From the NCBI RefSeq assembly GCF_006345805.1, contig NC_042997.1:9176001-9240000 (forward strand): DNA of 64,000 nucleotides, given 5' to 3'. This document shows positions 40,521 through 53,929 of this stretch, piece after piece. The stretch comes from Octopus sinensis. Its lineage: Eukaryota. The translations under genes were made by a program, and so were the position numbers. The notes beneath the pieces were generated by a model. It made no database searches and was not told where the DNA came from. It saw nothing but the letters and a program-made list of their open reading frames with translations. Every line of letters begins with the position of its first letter. Position 1 is the first letter of the stretch.

Positions 40521-41456
40521 ATTAATATTATCATTATTATTAATATTATTATTATTATTATCATTAATATTATTATTATTATTATTATTATTATCATTAT
40601 CATCATTATCATCATCATCATCATCATCATCATCATTATTATTATATTCTTAATATTAAAGAATATGTGTGTGTGTGTCTCTCTGTGTGTCTCTCTGTGT
40701 GTCTGTGTATGTGTTTTTATGTGTATACACACATGCAAACACATACACAGACACACATATATCTCTGCTTTTGACATTCTTCTTGCAAAAACTTCACTTC
40801 ATCAGTTAAATAGCTCAATGGAAAAAGATATCTTAGAGGTGAATAGGAATGAGAAATGTTCAAGCTGTAACTGAGCTGATGCCAATAATTGCTCACTTAA
40901 TAGAAATCATTTGGCCAATGAGATATCTTAAAGAATAAAAGCACAAGTATATGGTCGCCCGGTGTACTAAACCTAAGCTGCAGTAACAGAAAATTAATTT
41001 GAAAGACAGTTCTACTTGCAAAAGTATGTTAATTCAAATATTTGAAAGCTAGGTCAATGCTGTGCTTGTCAAGATAGGCTTGCTTTTGAAGGAATCTGGT
41101 TCTGCTACCTTCAAGATATTCTGGATCATTTTAGAAAATGTGAATTCTTACAGTAATTTGCTTTCACTATAATTCAGTCAAAAGTCCATTGTATTTGAAG
41201 GGAAAGTATTTCATTCTGTATCAAGAAAAATCTGCTTTAAATTTCGAATCACAGCTGCTTTATAACTACTTCAAAATTTTTGTTTGGAGACTCTACCATC
41301 AAACAGATGGTGTGCACTGCTGTTTCTGAACCAATTCTTTCTGTCATCAAGGGGGCAAATTTGATGTTCCAATTTAAACTCTATAAATAAGTATTTATTT
41401 CTGCCTGCATTTTACAACAGTTTTGAATTTTGTAATGACTTATTTCTGTTTTACTA

Positions 41457-41750
41457 ATCATCATCATCATCATCATCGTTTAATGTCCGTTTTCCCTGCT
41501 AGCATGTGTTGGACGATTTGACTGAGGACTGGTGAACCAGATGGCTGCACCAGGCTCCAATCTTGATCTAGTAGTGTTTCTACAGCTGGATGCCCTTCCT
41601 AATGCCAACCACTCCAAGAGTGTAGTGGGTACTTTTACGTGCCACCGGCATGGGGGCCAGTCTGGTGGTACTGGCAACAACCTCGCTCAAATGTTTTTAC
41701 ACATGCCATCGGCACAAGTGCCATTAAGGCAACGCTGGAAACGATTACGG
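41457..41750 (-). mobile_element. SINE-like family B
   Basis: Core match. Confidence 0.8.
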
Positions 41751-43005
41751 TCTAAGATTTCTTTTTCTTTTTTGGTTTTACCATGCTCAAGCTATCCTAC
41801 TGGGACTGCAGCTGTTCTGTTTTACTCTTCACCAAAAAGATCTCAACTAACTTTCCTGAAGCTTCTTTACCTCCACCCCACAACAATAATAGTTCTACAA
41901 GTAGTACCCTGAAAAGAGAACCTCCATCTTTTATGCATGCTTTACAAACCAACGCCATGCAGCACCCACTTTGCTAATCTCCACTAATTCGATCACCTCT
42001 CAACTCTGCCAGGTCTTCACACACACAAAGTGTGACGATATATTTGGCCACTACAAACCAACAAAGCCACTAGTTCTTCCTATCTTTGCAAGGATTTTGA
42101 ACTGATCTTAGAGAACATACTACAGTTTGGTCCAACCAAAAGAAAGGCCACTTTTCTTATCATATCAACTCCTTTTCTATGGAATTCACTTCTAATATCT
42201 CCAAAACTATTCAGTCTAAAGCCCCATTGTTTGGGATGCTTCATCTGCATCCATATTCTGTTCATCCCATCCAGGAGTAGAATATTAATATATATTTGTA
42301 TTATGTATTATCATCAATCATTTTACATCTGCTTTACATATGGCATGGTTTCAGTGAATTCTTTGTCGTAGTTACTGTTCTTTTATGTGTGGCCACATGC
42401 CCCTGCCTCATTCATTCATTTCCTTTTGGTATGGGTCGTTACAGCTGGGTGCCCTTCCTAAAACAAACCAAGGCCGAATGTACCAGGTGCCTTTTATTAT
42501 GGCACAAATTCTAGATAATTTGTTATTTCCTCAACAAAATATGACAAAAGGGTTCTCTTAGCCCCACAATGTGTTTACTAATTTCCCAGCCACTTTAAAG
42601 TATGTACTGGATGAATTTTATCATGACACCAGGACCAATGATGTTGCCTTGCATTTTACAAGAAGAAAGATGATTCCACTCTATATTCTCTGTTCATTTT
42701 GTGGAACATGACAGATGAAAGGGCAATTTCAGGTAGCTGAGCAGTGTGTGATTGATAAAAAAAGAAAAGGATGAGAGAAACAGAGTACTTGGTGTTGTAG
42801 TAAAATGCGTGATGTGCTGGATGGCCTCCAAGTGTAGAATAAGAAAACATGTGTTAAAAGTATGTGTGTGTGTAGTGATTTTTTTAACCTAAAGCTGAGA
42901 ATTTGTTTCACAACTGAAGTTTCATGCCACCATAATGTGTGCCTGATGAAACTTTTGAAAAATCAAGATATATTTCTGTATGTATGTACATATATATATC
43001 ATCGT

Positions 43006-43389
43006 GGAGGCGCAATGGCTCAGTGGTTAGGGCAGCGGACTCACGGTCATAGGATCGCGGTTTTGATTCCCAGACCGGGCGTTGTGAGTGTTTATTGAGC
43101 GAAAACACCTAAAGCTCCACGAGGCTCCGGCAGGGGATGGTGGTGATCCCTGCTGTACTCTTTCACCACAACTTTCTCTCACTCTTACTTCCTGTTTCTG
43201 TTGTATCTGTATTTCAAAGGGCCGGCCTTGTCACTCTCTGTGTTACGCTGAATATCCCCGAGAACTACATTCAGGGCACACATGTCTGTGGAGTGCTCAG
43301 CCACTTACACGTTAATTTCACGAGCAGGCTGTTCCGTTGATTCGGATCAACCGGAACCCTCGTCGTCGTAACCGACGGAGTGCTTCCAT
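43006..43389 (+). mobile_element. tRNA-derived SINE family D, CpG-rich and probably young
   Basis: A box TGGCTCAGTGG, B-box-like GGTTTTGATTCCC, tRNA-like head followed by a non-tRNA body. Confidence 0.75.
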
Positions 43390-43775
43390 ATATATATCAT
43401 CATCATCAACATCATTTAACATCTGTCTTCCATGCTGGCATGTGTTAGACAGTTTGACAAGAGGTACTAAGCCAAAAGACTGTGCCAAGCACTTTGCTTT
43501 GATATGGTTTTTACAGCCAGATGCTCTTCCTAATACCAGCCACCTTACACATTGTTCTGGGTGCTTTTTGCATTACAACACAACCAGCAAGTTCTGCTTA
43601 GGCATGGTTTTACAGCTGGATGCTCTTCCTAATGCCAAACACTTTATAAAGTGCACTGGTTGCTTTTTACACAGCACGAGCACCAATGAAGTGACCAAGT
43701 ATCTTGCAAGACAAAAGTTCCTCAGCTGTTAGGGATAGTGGTGGTGAGGGAGGTGGGAGAATGCCAGGTAATTAG

Positions 43776-43993
43776 AAGGTGGCGAGCTGGCAGAAACAGC
43801 GTGCCGGGCAAAATACTTAGCGGTATTTCATCAGCCACTACGTTCTGAGTTCAAATTCCACCGAGGTCCTTTTGGGGTCGATTAAATAAGTACCAGTTAC
43901 ACACTGGGGTAGATATAATCGACTTAATTTGTTTGTCTGTCCTTGTTTGTCCTCTCTGTGTGTAGCACCTTGTGGGTAGTAAAGAAATAGGTA
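43776..43993 (+). mobile_element. SINE family C
   Basis: GGTGGCGAGCTGGCAGAA...GTTCTGAGTTCAAATTCC...GTAAAGAAATAGGT. Confidence 0.8.
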
Positions 43994-44100
43994 ATTAGAA
44001 GTTAGAATATGACAGAGGGACAGAAACAGGTGTCTTGCTGGAGAAGAGATGCATAGTTACTGCAATCGGAAAGAGAGAGAGAGAGAAAGTGAAGGTGAGA

Positions 44101-44135
<35 letters not shown>

Positions 44136-45788
44136 AGGAAGAATGAGAGAGATGGTACCTAGGCATATTCTCAGATGGAATGGTAGAGGATTGCCCAGGG
44201 AGAATGAATGTCTCTGTATATGGGAGAAGTGAGAGTGCTCAAGAGAAAGGGAGAGAGAGAAAAAATTGCCATTGTGAGAATGAAAGAGAAAAAAGCAAAA
44301 ATGTTTCAATGAACAAGATAAGGAAGCTAATTATTTTAAATAATAGACACACATATATTTAGAAAAATATGACAAGACAAAACCTTTCAGAATAAATAAT
44401 TTGGAATTGTTCAAGTTATTTCACATTGTAAACATTTATATAGAGATAATATAATAATTCTAATATGATATATTTATTTATTTGTCTTATTTTCGTTTAC
44501 TTATTTTAATCATTTCCCAAATGGAATTTAAAATATGCACTGGAAAATAGAAACGTATATAAATATATATATTTATTGGTATATGTTTGTGAGTGTGTGT
44601 GTGTGTGTGTGTATTTTGAGATGTACACACATGAGCACAGGCACATGCACCCCACTCTCTCTCTCTCTCTTTCACACACACAAATTGAGGTGGTTGGTAC
44701 TTGGTAAGTACTGCAATGTATTTCACTGTGATCCTAGAGGAATACATTCAAAATACTAGTATATAATTCATATATTACATTCAGTGACACTGTGGACCTG
44801 TAGTTTTTAGTCATAAGTATATTTTAGTTACTAGTGGTTGTTGTATGTGCAATTGCCAACCAGTCTGGCTTATCAATCTTAGTGTTCCTTGCTTTCTGAA
44901 CAGGTTAACAGGGGCTACTCTGTAGAATACAAGCTTTCTAAACCAATATCCAATTACCAGGTCTCTTCTTGATGATTTTCCATTCAATAATTTTGTGACA
45001 TTTGTCTGGATCATCTCATTGTTGATATTCTAAGTTTTTGGAGAGATGTTTTCGCTGTAATAGCAGCATATCTCATCTAACCAAAGTACATCATGGTTGT
45101 GTTACTTGCATTCCAGAGCCCTTCCCAAAATGACTGTAGATATCCTGGGAGTTAGCTTTTATGGTTTTGACATGTGGCCTTTCAAACTGTGATTTGCTGT
45201 TTGTGAGTTAAGTGTAAACTTGTGATTGATGACCTTGCATACAAGACACCATTTTCTAAAATGCAGTTCTTCATCATGTCTCCTAATTTGTGGTTAATGC
45301 CAATTAACTGGCAGGTATTTACATTATTATACTTAATTAATTTATATAACTGTAATCATAATCATATAATTATATATGGTTAGGTTCACAGCAAAAGCTT
45401 TTTAATATGTTTGATTTAATTTAGTAAATCTGAATCGCGCTGTTTTTCACAATTATATATATTGTACAATTAATACTAGTTGTCTAAAGCACTGTATACT
45501 AATTTAGCTTTCCAGTATTGTGGTAAGTCCCTTATGAACTATTATATCAGCAAATTCTCTATCCTAACAATTGGGAAAGTAAGATCAGGGCCAGTCTTGT
45601 TTAATATTGAATTAACTTATCATAAAGTAGTCTGTTAGGAAGTTCCTCATCATTCATTTGTGCAAATCAAGGATGTAGAGGTGATATATTCATATATTTA
45701 TGCTTAAATAATTTATAAGTATGTATGATTATTTTCACAAGTACATGTATATATGTATATGTATCCCATTCTCTCTCTCTCTCTCTAT

Positions 45789-46620
45789 TATCATCATCGT
45801 TTAATGTCCACTTTCCATGCTGCATCAGTCTCCAATCTATCTGGCAAGGTTTCTACTGCTGGATGCCCTTCCTAATGCAAACCACCCCAATAGTGTAGTG
45901 GGTGCTTTTTACATGCCACCGGCATGGGGGGAAATCAGGCAGCACTGACATCGACCATATTCGAATGGTGCTTTTTACATGCCACCAGTAGGGGAGCCAG
46001 TCAGGCAGCACTGGCATTGACCATGCTCGAATGCTGCCTTTTATGTGTCACCAGCACAGATGCCAGTCAGGTTGTACTAGCATTGGCCCCAACTTCGATT
46101 TCACTTGAATCAACAGGTTTTCTCAAGAACAACATATTGCACATATTGAAGGGTACTTTCAAATGGCTTGGTTATAGGACACTGGCAACAGCCACAGCAA
46201 CAATCTCACTTGGCTTGCTGGGTCTTCTCAAGCACAGTATATTTTTAAATGACTTGGTCCCTTGTCATTGCATCTGTGAGGCCCAACGTTCAAAGGTCAT
46301 GCTTCACCACCTCATCCTATGTCTTCCTGGGTCTACCTCTTCCACAGGTTCCCTCAACTGTTAGGATGTGGCACTTCTTCATACATCTCATCCATATGCA
46401 ACACATGACCATACAAGCACAGTCGTCTCTCTTGCACACCACATCTGATGCTTCTTATGCCCAACTTTTCTCTCAGGGCACTTACACTCAGTCATATATG
46501 CACACTGACATTACACATCCAGCAGAGCCTACTAGCTTCATTTCTTTCATGTCCTCAGCACTCACAGCTCATGTTTCACTACCATGTAACAAGGCAATTT
46601 GCACACTATATATATAGCAC
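45789..46620 (-). mobile_element. Family B tail with upstream decayed RTE ORF remnant
   Basis: Remnant LHGSET*AVSAED...GHVL...GRPRKT*DEVV on the minus strand. Confidence 0.7.
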
Positions 46621-46804
46621 TAATAAATCTTTGAGCAAGATGTAAACAGTGGCCACACGACGTTGTGAAGTATATTTGCCACCTAAATGTGGCTGACACA
46701 TATGGGACAAGGCTACTGTAGTTTATAGCCTCAGGAAGACATCTCCTCCAGCTGGCTAACAACACATTCTCTGTGCCCGATCAGTAAATCATCATTCGCA
46801 TCTC

Positions 46805-46880
46805 TAGCCAGATGTGACACACGTGGACCCGAGTTTCTGGGTAGTTACCCATCATCAGTGTGTGACAATCACTGGCTAGG
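46805..46880 (-). ncRNA. Hammerhead ribozyme-like motif (minimal type I-like) in the PLE 3' UTR
   Basis: CUGAUGA-UGGGU(AACU)ACCCA-GAAA-C(UCGG)G-UC. Stem I ACACA/UGUGU is displaced by a 4-nt CACG insert; distal 8-bp stem CUAGCCAG/CUGGCUAG. Confidence 0.55.
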
Positions 46881-47567
46881 GATGAGAAGTGATTTCCAAT
46901 GCAAAATACTATATACTTGAGACCTTTTCAACTGTAACGATTAAATAATTAAATTTAGAAAAATTAGAAGAAAAGTTTTTTTAAAAGAATATTTCTGTAG
47001 TAGTGTTCAGATATAAGTAGCATTCTGCCTTTCTCTGACTCCCTTGTTTGCACTTGTGTGTTCGAGGTCGTTTTGAGTTCTTGGTAGGATAGGTGAAGAA
47101 TAATGAGGCTGATGTTGAGAGGGGGTGGGGAAATCTGGGAATGCCTTAATGGTCGTATTTTGAATGGTCAGTGGCTGACAGTAGTCGCAGTTCAATTCAG
47201 GAATTGTTTATGGAATTTGCGTAGGCGTTATACTGAAAGACATTAGTGACAAGGTTAAGGGGTGGAAGGTGGAGAAGTAGAAGAAGAAGAAGATGACGAT
47301 GTTGATGATGATGATGATGATGAAGAAGAAGAAGAAGAAGAAGGAGAAGGAGAAGATGGTGGTGATGATGGTGGTGATGATGATGACGACGATGATGATG
47401 ATAATGATGATGATGAAGAAGAGGAAGAAGAAGAAGAAGAAAAAAACAGAGAAGGGAGAATATGATTGGGTGTAAGTATAGCTGTGATGGGGCTGATTAG
47501 TAATGGATTCTATGGAGTGTAATATTTGTGTGTGTATATATTTCTTTTATTCTAAAGTTGAGGTATA

Positions 47568-50500
47568 TTAATTGTTTGTCGTAGACCCGTTAAGAAGTGG
47601 CTTGTATTTTGTAATAAAGAGATTTTCTTTACTTATTCGTTATCTCGAGGTTGTATCGTCCCTAAATTGGTAGAGGGGGGAAATTCTGAAGTTTGGTGGT
47701 TTTTTTTGTTGGCGCAAGTATCTATGTGTTGGCTAAAAGCTATTTTTCTGTTTTGGGGAATTTTTATCTGGGATCTGTGCAGGGCCATTCGTTTACGCAA
47801 ACCATTTTTTGTTTGGCCTATGTACTGCTCTTGACACCCGGAGCAGGTTAGTGAGTATATTAGGTTCTCCGAAGCACATGTGAAGTTGCTTTTCACTGTA
47901 AACCGTTGTCCCTGTTTGAAGGAGAACTCTGATCCCTCAATTAGATAGTCGCATATCCCGCAATTGGGTCTTCCACATTTTTTTACTGTCGGCTTCTGTG
48001 TTGAAGAGTGAATTCGGGCTTGTGTAAGGAGACTTTTCATGGATCTAGGCTGTCTTTTGCTTTTTATGATCGTGTGTGTTTGGAGGATTGTGTTCATTCT
48101 GTGGTCTTTTTTTAGGAGGGGTATGTTGTGGAGGATGGTGTCGAAGGCTTCGTTATTGAGAGGGTTGTGTGTGGAGATGTATGGTAAGGCTTTTGGTTGT
48201 AAGTTTTTCTTTGATTTGGGATGTCTCAGTTCCTTGATGTTAAGTTGAAGGGCACGTTGAATGCACTTGTCAATAAGTGAAGGTGGATAGTTCCTGGTGA
48301 TAAGGGTATCTTTTAGTTCTTGTAGTCGTGTCTCTGGTGTTTGCGTTAGAGACTATAGTGCATATCCTTTTTGCTAGATTGAAGGGGATATTCATCCTGG
48401 TGTGTCTGGGGTGGCATGAATTGAATGGAAGATATTGCTTAGAGTCTGTAGGCTTATAGTATATGTCTGTTCTATTATATTATTAGCTTTCTTAATGAGG
48501 ATATCGAGGAAGGGGAGTTGTTGTTGGCTATATTCCATCGTGAATTGGATGTTTACGTCCAGTCCGTTTAAAATTTTCTGGAATTCTATGAGTTTTTCTA
48601 TATTTTTATGCCAAAGGATGAAACAGTCATCTAGATATCTCTTCCAGTTGTTTTCTATGTAGATGGAGAAAGGGCTGCCATATCTTTCTAGAACCTTACG
48701 ATACAGACTGATCTCTAGGTATCCTATGACTAGGTGGCAAAGGAGGGGGCCATTCGTGTACCCATCGCAGTCCCCGATTTTTGTCGGTAGAAGTTGTCAT
48801 TGAAGGCGAAGAAGTTATTTTGCAGGATGAATTTAACCCCTTCTATCACAAATTCTTTTTTGATGCGGTGTGGTAGTTCGTTGGCGTGATTCTCTAGCCA
48901 GAATTGGATTGCCTCTAGTCCTAGGTTGTGGGGGATATTGGAGTAGAGGTTGACTACATCGAAGGATACCAGTATGGTGTTTTTGTTTATAGTATTCGGT
49001 AGGTGATTGAGCATATCTAAGTCGTCCCTTATATAGCTTTTGACATGTTTGAGGAGTGGTTTTAACAGGGTGTCTAAAAAGTTACTGAGGCGGTGGGTTT
49101 CGCATGCGGGACCTGCTATTATGGGTCTCAATTTGAGGTCATTAGGATTAGGGACTTTAATTATTTTGTCTGTAGCTATCTTGCATGCGTTGCTTATTTT
49201 TTCACTTTTGTGGATCTTGGGTATACCGTAGAATTGGCTAGTTTTACTTGTGAAATTGGTCATATAATCATATTCTTTGTCGGTGAGCCCTGCTTTGTAT
49301 GGGTTTAATATGGATTTTAGTTCCCTCATTATTTTTTGTTGACTGTAGTTTTGTGCCTTTTCATAGTATGTTGCGTCTTCCAGCATAGAAAGTACCAAAG
49401 TTATGTAAAATGTCGTATCCATTAAGACAACAGCACTCCCTTTATCGGCCTCTTTGATTGTTATTGTTTTATCTTGTTTTAATTTGTTCAACTCAGCCCA
49501 TTCTTTTTTGCTGAAGTTTGGTTTGTGTTTTTGTTTGTGCATATGTTGATATGGGTAATTAGATATGTGGTCACAGAAATCATCAAGTGTTTTGTTCTTA
49601 CCTTTCGAGGGGGTGTAGTTACTCCTATTTCTGGCTAACGATTCGTCCTCGTTGTATTTATCGTATAGCTCCTCAGTAAGTCTTAATTTTCTGCAGAATT
49701 CTGCGATGTCTTCTTTCATTTCGTTGTAGTTGGGGTGTTGTGGGGTGGGTGTAAACTTGAGTCCTTGGAAAGTATGTTAATTTGGTTTGCTGTTAGTTCC
49801 TTGTGAGTTAGATTGATAATTTTTATTACTTTTGGTTCCTCCTGTTCGTTTGGTGCTATCTTGTGTCTCTGTGTTGCGTATTGGGTCTAAAAAATGAATG
49901 CGGTGGTTGGGACGGTAGCTATTATATAGTTGTTCTTTGTTGATGTGGGGTCTCCTGTTGTGATTTATGGTGTGTGTTCTTGGAGCAGTATTGAGGAAAG
50001 CATCCCGATATCCCATATTCGGGTGTGGTGTTCTAGGAGGCCTTCGTTGGTAATCATTGTAAGTGGAGTGGGTTTGTTGTGCATGGTTGTTTAACCGGTT
50101 TATGGGGCGGAGATTTCGTTGGTAACTCTTTGGGTGGGGATAAGGTTGCAGTGTCTATGCTGTGGGTGTTGATTTATCCTTTCTCTGCTTGAAGTGGGGG
50201 TATTCCTGATATTGTAACGCTGGCTGCTTACAGAGTTAGGGTTAGGTCCTGTGTTCTTTTTTTGAAAGTAGTGAAGGTTCCGATTTTTAGACAGGTGTGT
50301 ATCGGTGTTTGGGTGTTGTTTTGGTTTTCTTATTTTCTGGAAAGGGTTGTTGGAGGCGTGCTCTGTTTGAAAGACGGCTTCATAGTCTGAGAACCAAATG
50401 GCGTTTTTCTCCCAGCGTTGGAGAGATTTTAGTTCTTCTTTTTCACAGTCCTCTTTCCATAGTTTGGAGAACTTCTCTTGATCTGGGCCTTGGGTCATTT

Positions 50501-51030
50501 TGCGAATTTCTTCGTTGATATCTTCATCGGTGGATTTTATTTTATCCTCATTCGTTTGGGCCCTCAATTTCAGAAGTTCTATTTCCATTTTCATTTTTCC
50601 AGTGCCATTCTCTCCCTGAGGTGTCTTTGTGTTTCAGGTTCCTCTGTAATAGCTTTGAACTGGAATTTACGTGGGAGGATTAACGGGGTCCGGTTGAGCC
50701 ATTTTTCGTATATATCCGCTTTGTTGTTGTTTTGGATCATCTTCCAAAAGGCGAACTTTCTATCTCTGAGTGATTTGTTCCATTGTGGGATTATGTGTTG
50801 TTTCATTTGGTATGTTGTTAGAGTATTGATCCCATATATGACGCGTTTGGAGGTCCTTGGTTAGCGTTGTTAGAGAAAAATGTTCTAATTGTTTCGCATA
50901 AGTTTCCAAGGTTTTCGACAATTTCGGAGGTTGTATTTTTCGTATCTGTTTCCTCATTGTTCTCTCGATTGGGTTGATGTGTCGAGTCGAATTTGTTCAA
51001 AAATGGTGATAAATTTGTGTTGATTTTCTT
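47568..51030 (-). pseudogene. Frameshifted Penelope RT + GIY-YIG endonuclease ORF
   Basis: RT motifs PKIHK, LRPII, LVSFDVVNLYSNIP, QKSGTAMGTRMAPSFA, and RYLDD (about 48630, after a frameshift); Zn-knuckle CGRPNCGIC; LIYSLTCSGCQEQYIGQT. At least 7 frameshifts and one stop. Confidence 0.9.
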
Positions 51031-51034
51031 GAGT

Positions 51035-51135
<101 letters not shown>

Positions 51136-51169
51136 TATATATGTATACATATATATATATACATATGTG

Positions 51170-53671
51170 TGTGTATGTAAATATACACCCAAAAGTAATG
51201 TCCCTTGATTCACTGGTTCAATTTACGAGAACTCCTGCGAACAAAATTAGACTGTGTTTTCCAAAATGAAGGCGAATATCTCTCTCCATGCGATTGGCTT
51301 GAAAAATTGTTAAGACACTAGGATATTTTCTTACTTTTCTTAACATGAAACCAATGCCTTAATCTCTTATGATAAAAGGCAGATTTTCTCTGCCTGTTCC
51401 CATGTTCCTTTTTAATACAATTCTACAATATAGAATTTCTTCAATTGGAATTTACCTATGATTTTTCCAAGTAGATTCGATTGGGTCATGGCATATAAAG
51501 TTTTTTTACAACTCCGTTTATAATTCAGCTGGGGGGATTTTTTTCTTGGACACTCCTGGGGGCACTATGAAAACTTTTGTCAACAAATTAATATTGGCTG
51601 AGATTAGGCGAACACAAGGCATTGCCCTAGCTGTGGCATCATCTGGAATTGCGGCTCCTTTGTTGCCAGGTGGCAGGACAGCTCACTCCACTTTCAAGCT
51701 CCCGCTTGACTTAGCGAAGACTGAGACACCAACTTGCAACATCAGTAACAGCTCCGATCAGGCAGAAGTCTTCAGATGATGCAAACTTATCGTTTGGGAT
51801 GAATGCACGATGGACCACAGAGGTGCTCTTGAGGCACTAGATAGATCTCTCAGAGACATCAAACACTCTTCAGCTCCCATGGGAGGCATAACACTTCTTT
51901 CGGGGGATTTCCGACAAACACTTCCCATTATTCCCAAAGGGACTAGAGCTGATGCAGTAAGTGCGTGTCTTAAGTTAACCACATTGTGGCCACTGGTGAA
52001 GACTCTCAAACTTCACACCAATATGCGTGCTCATATGCGACGTAATATCACATCAGCAGCATTTCCTCACACCCTCCTTGCACTTGGCGAAGGCAAAATA
52101 CCAGGGGATGAAAATGGTAATATTGCCATCGATTCCATTTGTACCATTGTTAAAACGCCTTCTGATCTCAGAGATGCAGTGTTCCCAGATCTACAAGCTA
52201 ATTATCAGAATATGGATTGGATTGGCCAAAGGGCTATTCTGGCCCCGAGGAATAAAACTGTTCACCATATTATTGATGAAATGCTAAAACTCATTCCTGG
52301 GGATGTCTATGTATATAACTCTATTGATACAACTCCCGACCCAGAGGACGTCATCAACTATCCAATAGAGGTACTCAATTCCTTTGAGCCCCCCGGACTA
52401 CCACCACACATTCTCATACTTAAAGTTGGTGCCCCTATAGTGCTCATTAGAAATTTAGTTCCCCCAAAACAATGCAATGGCACACGTTTGATCGTTAAGT
52501 CCTTATCTCCCAATCTGATTGAGGCCACCATTATCACAGGGTGCGGTCGAGGCAACGTTGTGCTCATACCGAAGATGCATCTTTTCCCATCAGGAGCAGA
52601 CCTACCTTTCATATTTTGGAGGTCCCAGTTCCCAGTAAGGCCATGTTTCGCAATGTCAATTAACAAAGCGCAGGGTCAAACACTGTCTGTGGCGGGAATA
52701 CATTTGGGAGAGCCATGTTTCTCTCATGGTCAGCTTTATGTTGCCTGCTCGCATGTCAGCAGCAACAGTGATGCTTTCACATTTGTTCCACAACGAAAAA
52801 CAAAAAACATTGTGTACAAGGAGGTTTTATAGGATTACTATGTTTCATAATTTTCCAACACATTAGTATTTCACTTACATACGACTCTCTTTTATGATGG
52901 CATTTACATTTTTAGGCGTTTCATGACATTAATTCACACTTAACCAACACCTGTCCTTCGCTCAACTCTATTTCTATCCATTCATCATCAAACCACCAGC
53001 CTCATCTTCTATATCCAACGTACATGACACATCTACCCCCTACATCTACACTCTCACTGTTAAAGTTTACAAGCGACAACATGATCGCAACATACACTTT
53101 GGAAACTAAGCAACAGATAATTTTATATAACAACAAATTTAATCAAAACGCCCATCAATGAAAACATCTCCACCACTGTGTTGTGATTCATCTATTCAGC
53201 ACCACTACAGTCTTGCCGGTCTGACATATGGTGAGTAGATGCTATTGTTCTATATTTTATAAATTACCCATATTTACTTACCCATGCTTCATTCCCCTCT
53301 TGCCTACATAGGGCATCCATTCTCTTTTAACAGAGCATGAAGTTTTGTAATAGCACATCCGCTGCCGTTCGTGGAAAACGAAGAGACCCTATTCACCTTC
53401 GAACGTTTTACACCGCCTTCCACGACTATCAAATTCTTACAATTATGAGAACAATAACATGGCTCTTTTCAAGGCAACCTCACATTCAATTCTTACTCCA
53501 TTCTACGAGGGGGTAGGAACCCCTTTACACGGCTTTCTATACACTTACAAATACATTCATTCGCCGTAAACTTATATCAATATTTGCCTGAACAATCATC
53601 ATAATTCAGTGCAATCATTAACAGTACTTTCAAGCAATTCAGCCCCGAGCAACGCCGGGCAATTCTGCAAG
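51170..53671 (+). mobile_element. Defective Helitron (helicase only, no Rep domain)
   Basis: PIF1-type helicase; 3' GC hairpin CCCG-A-GC-AAC-GC-CGGG (53644-53659) then CAAG|T (CTAG-like end). The 5' end is obscured by (TA)n. Confidence 0.85.
51480..52832 (+). pseudogene. Helitron PIF1-family helicase with one in-frame stop
   Basis: ORFs 51546-51779 and 51810-52832 share a frame across TGA 51777-51779. Degenerate Walker A (DTPGGTMKT), ASSGIAA, GGRTAHS, Walker B IVWDE, GDFRQTLP, FAMSINKAQGQTL, HGQLYVACS. Confidence 0.9.
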
Positions 53672-53743
53672 TTGACAAATAAAGAAATTATATCCACCAA
53701 TGCAATGTTAAGCACTCATTTTCATTGTTTGACGACATTTATG

Positions 53744-53800
<57 letters not shown>

Positions 53801-53897
53801 ACATACATATGCTTACACACCTATCTTTGTCTTTTGTTTTTTTGTAAATTCCAACTATACATATGCATATATATGTATGTGTGTATGTGTGTGAGTG

Positions 53898-53929
<32 letters not shown>

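Larger units (their letters stand above)
46775..51034 (-). mobile_element. Penelope-like element (PLE), near full length
   Basis: PLE-type RT followed by GIY-YIG endonuclease, 3' UTR with a hammerhead-like motif; 5' end runs into (TA)n at about 51035. The 3' boundary is approximate. Confidence 0.92.

Noticed and set aside
42035-42370. Open frames on both strands (about 110 codons plus, 61 aa minus)
   Set aside because: No recognisable motif or convincing splice pair; pyrimidine-rich strands are naturally poor in stop codons.
42935-42975. Plus-strand CTGATGA-AACTTTT-GAAA
   Set aside because: Stem II is at most 2 bp and there is no stem I or III closure.
43006-43080. tRNA gene
   Set aside because: tRNA-like head without a complete cloverleaf, continuing into a SINE body. 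The same applies to family A and C heads.
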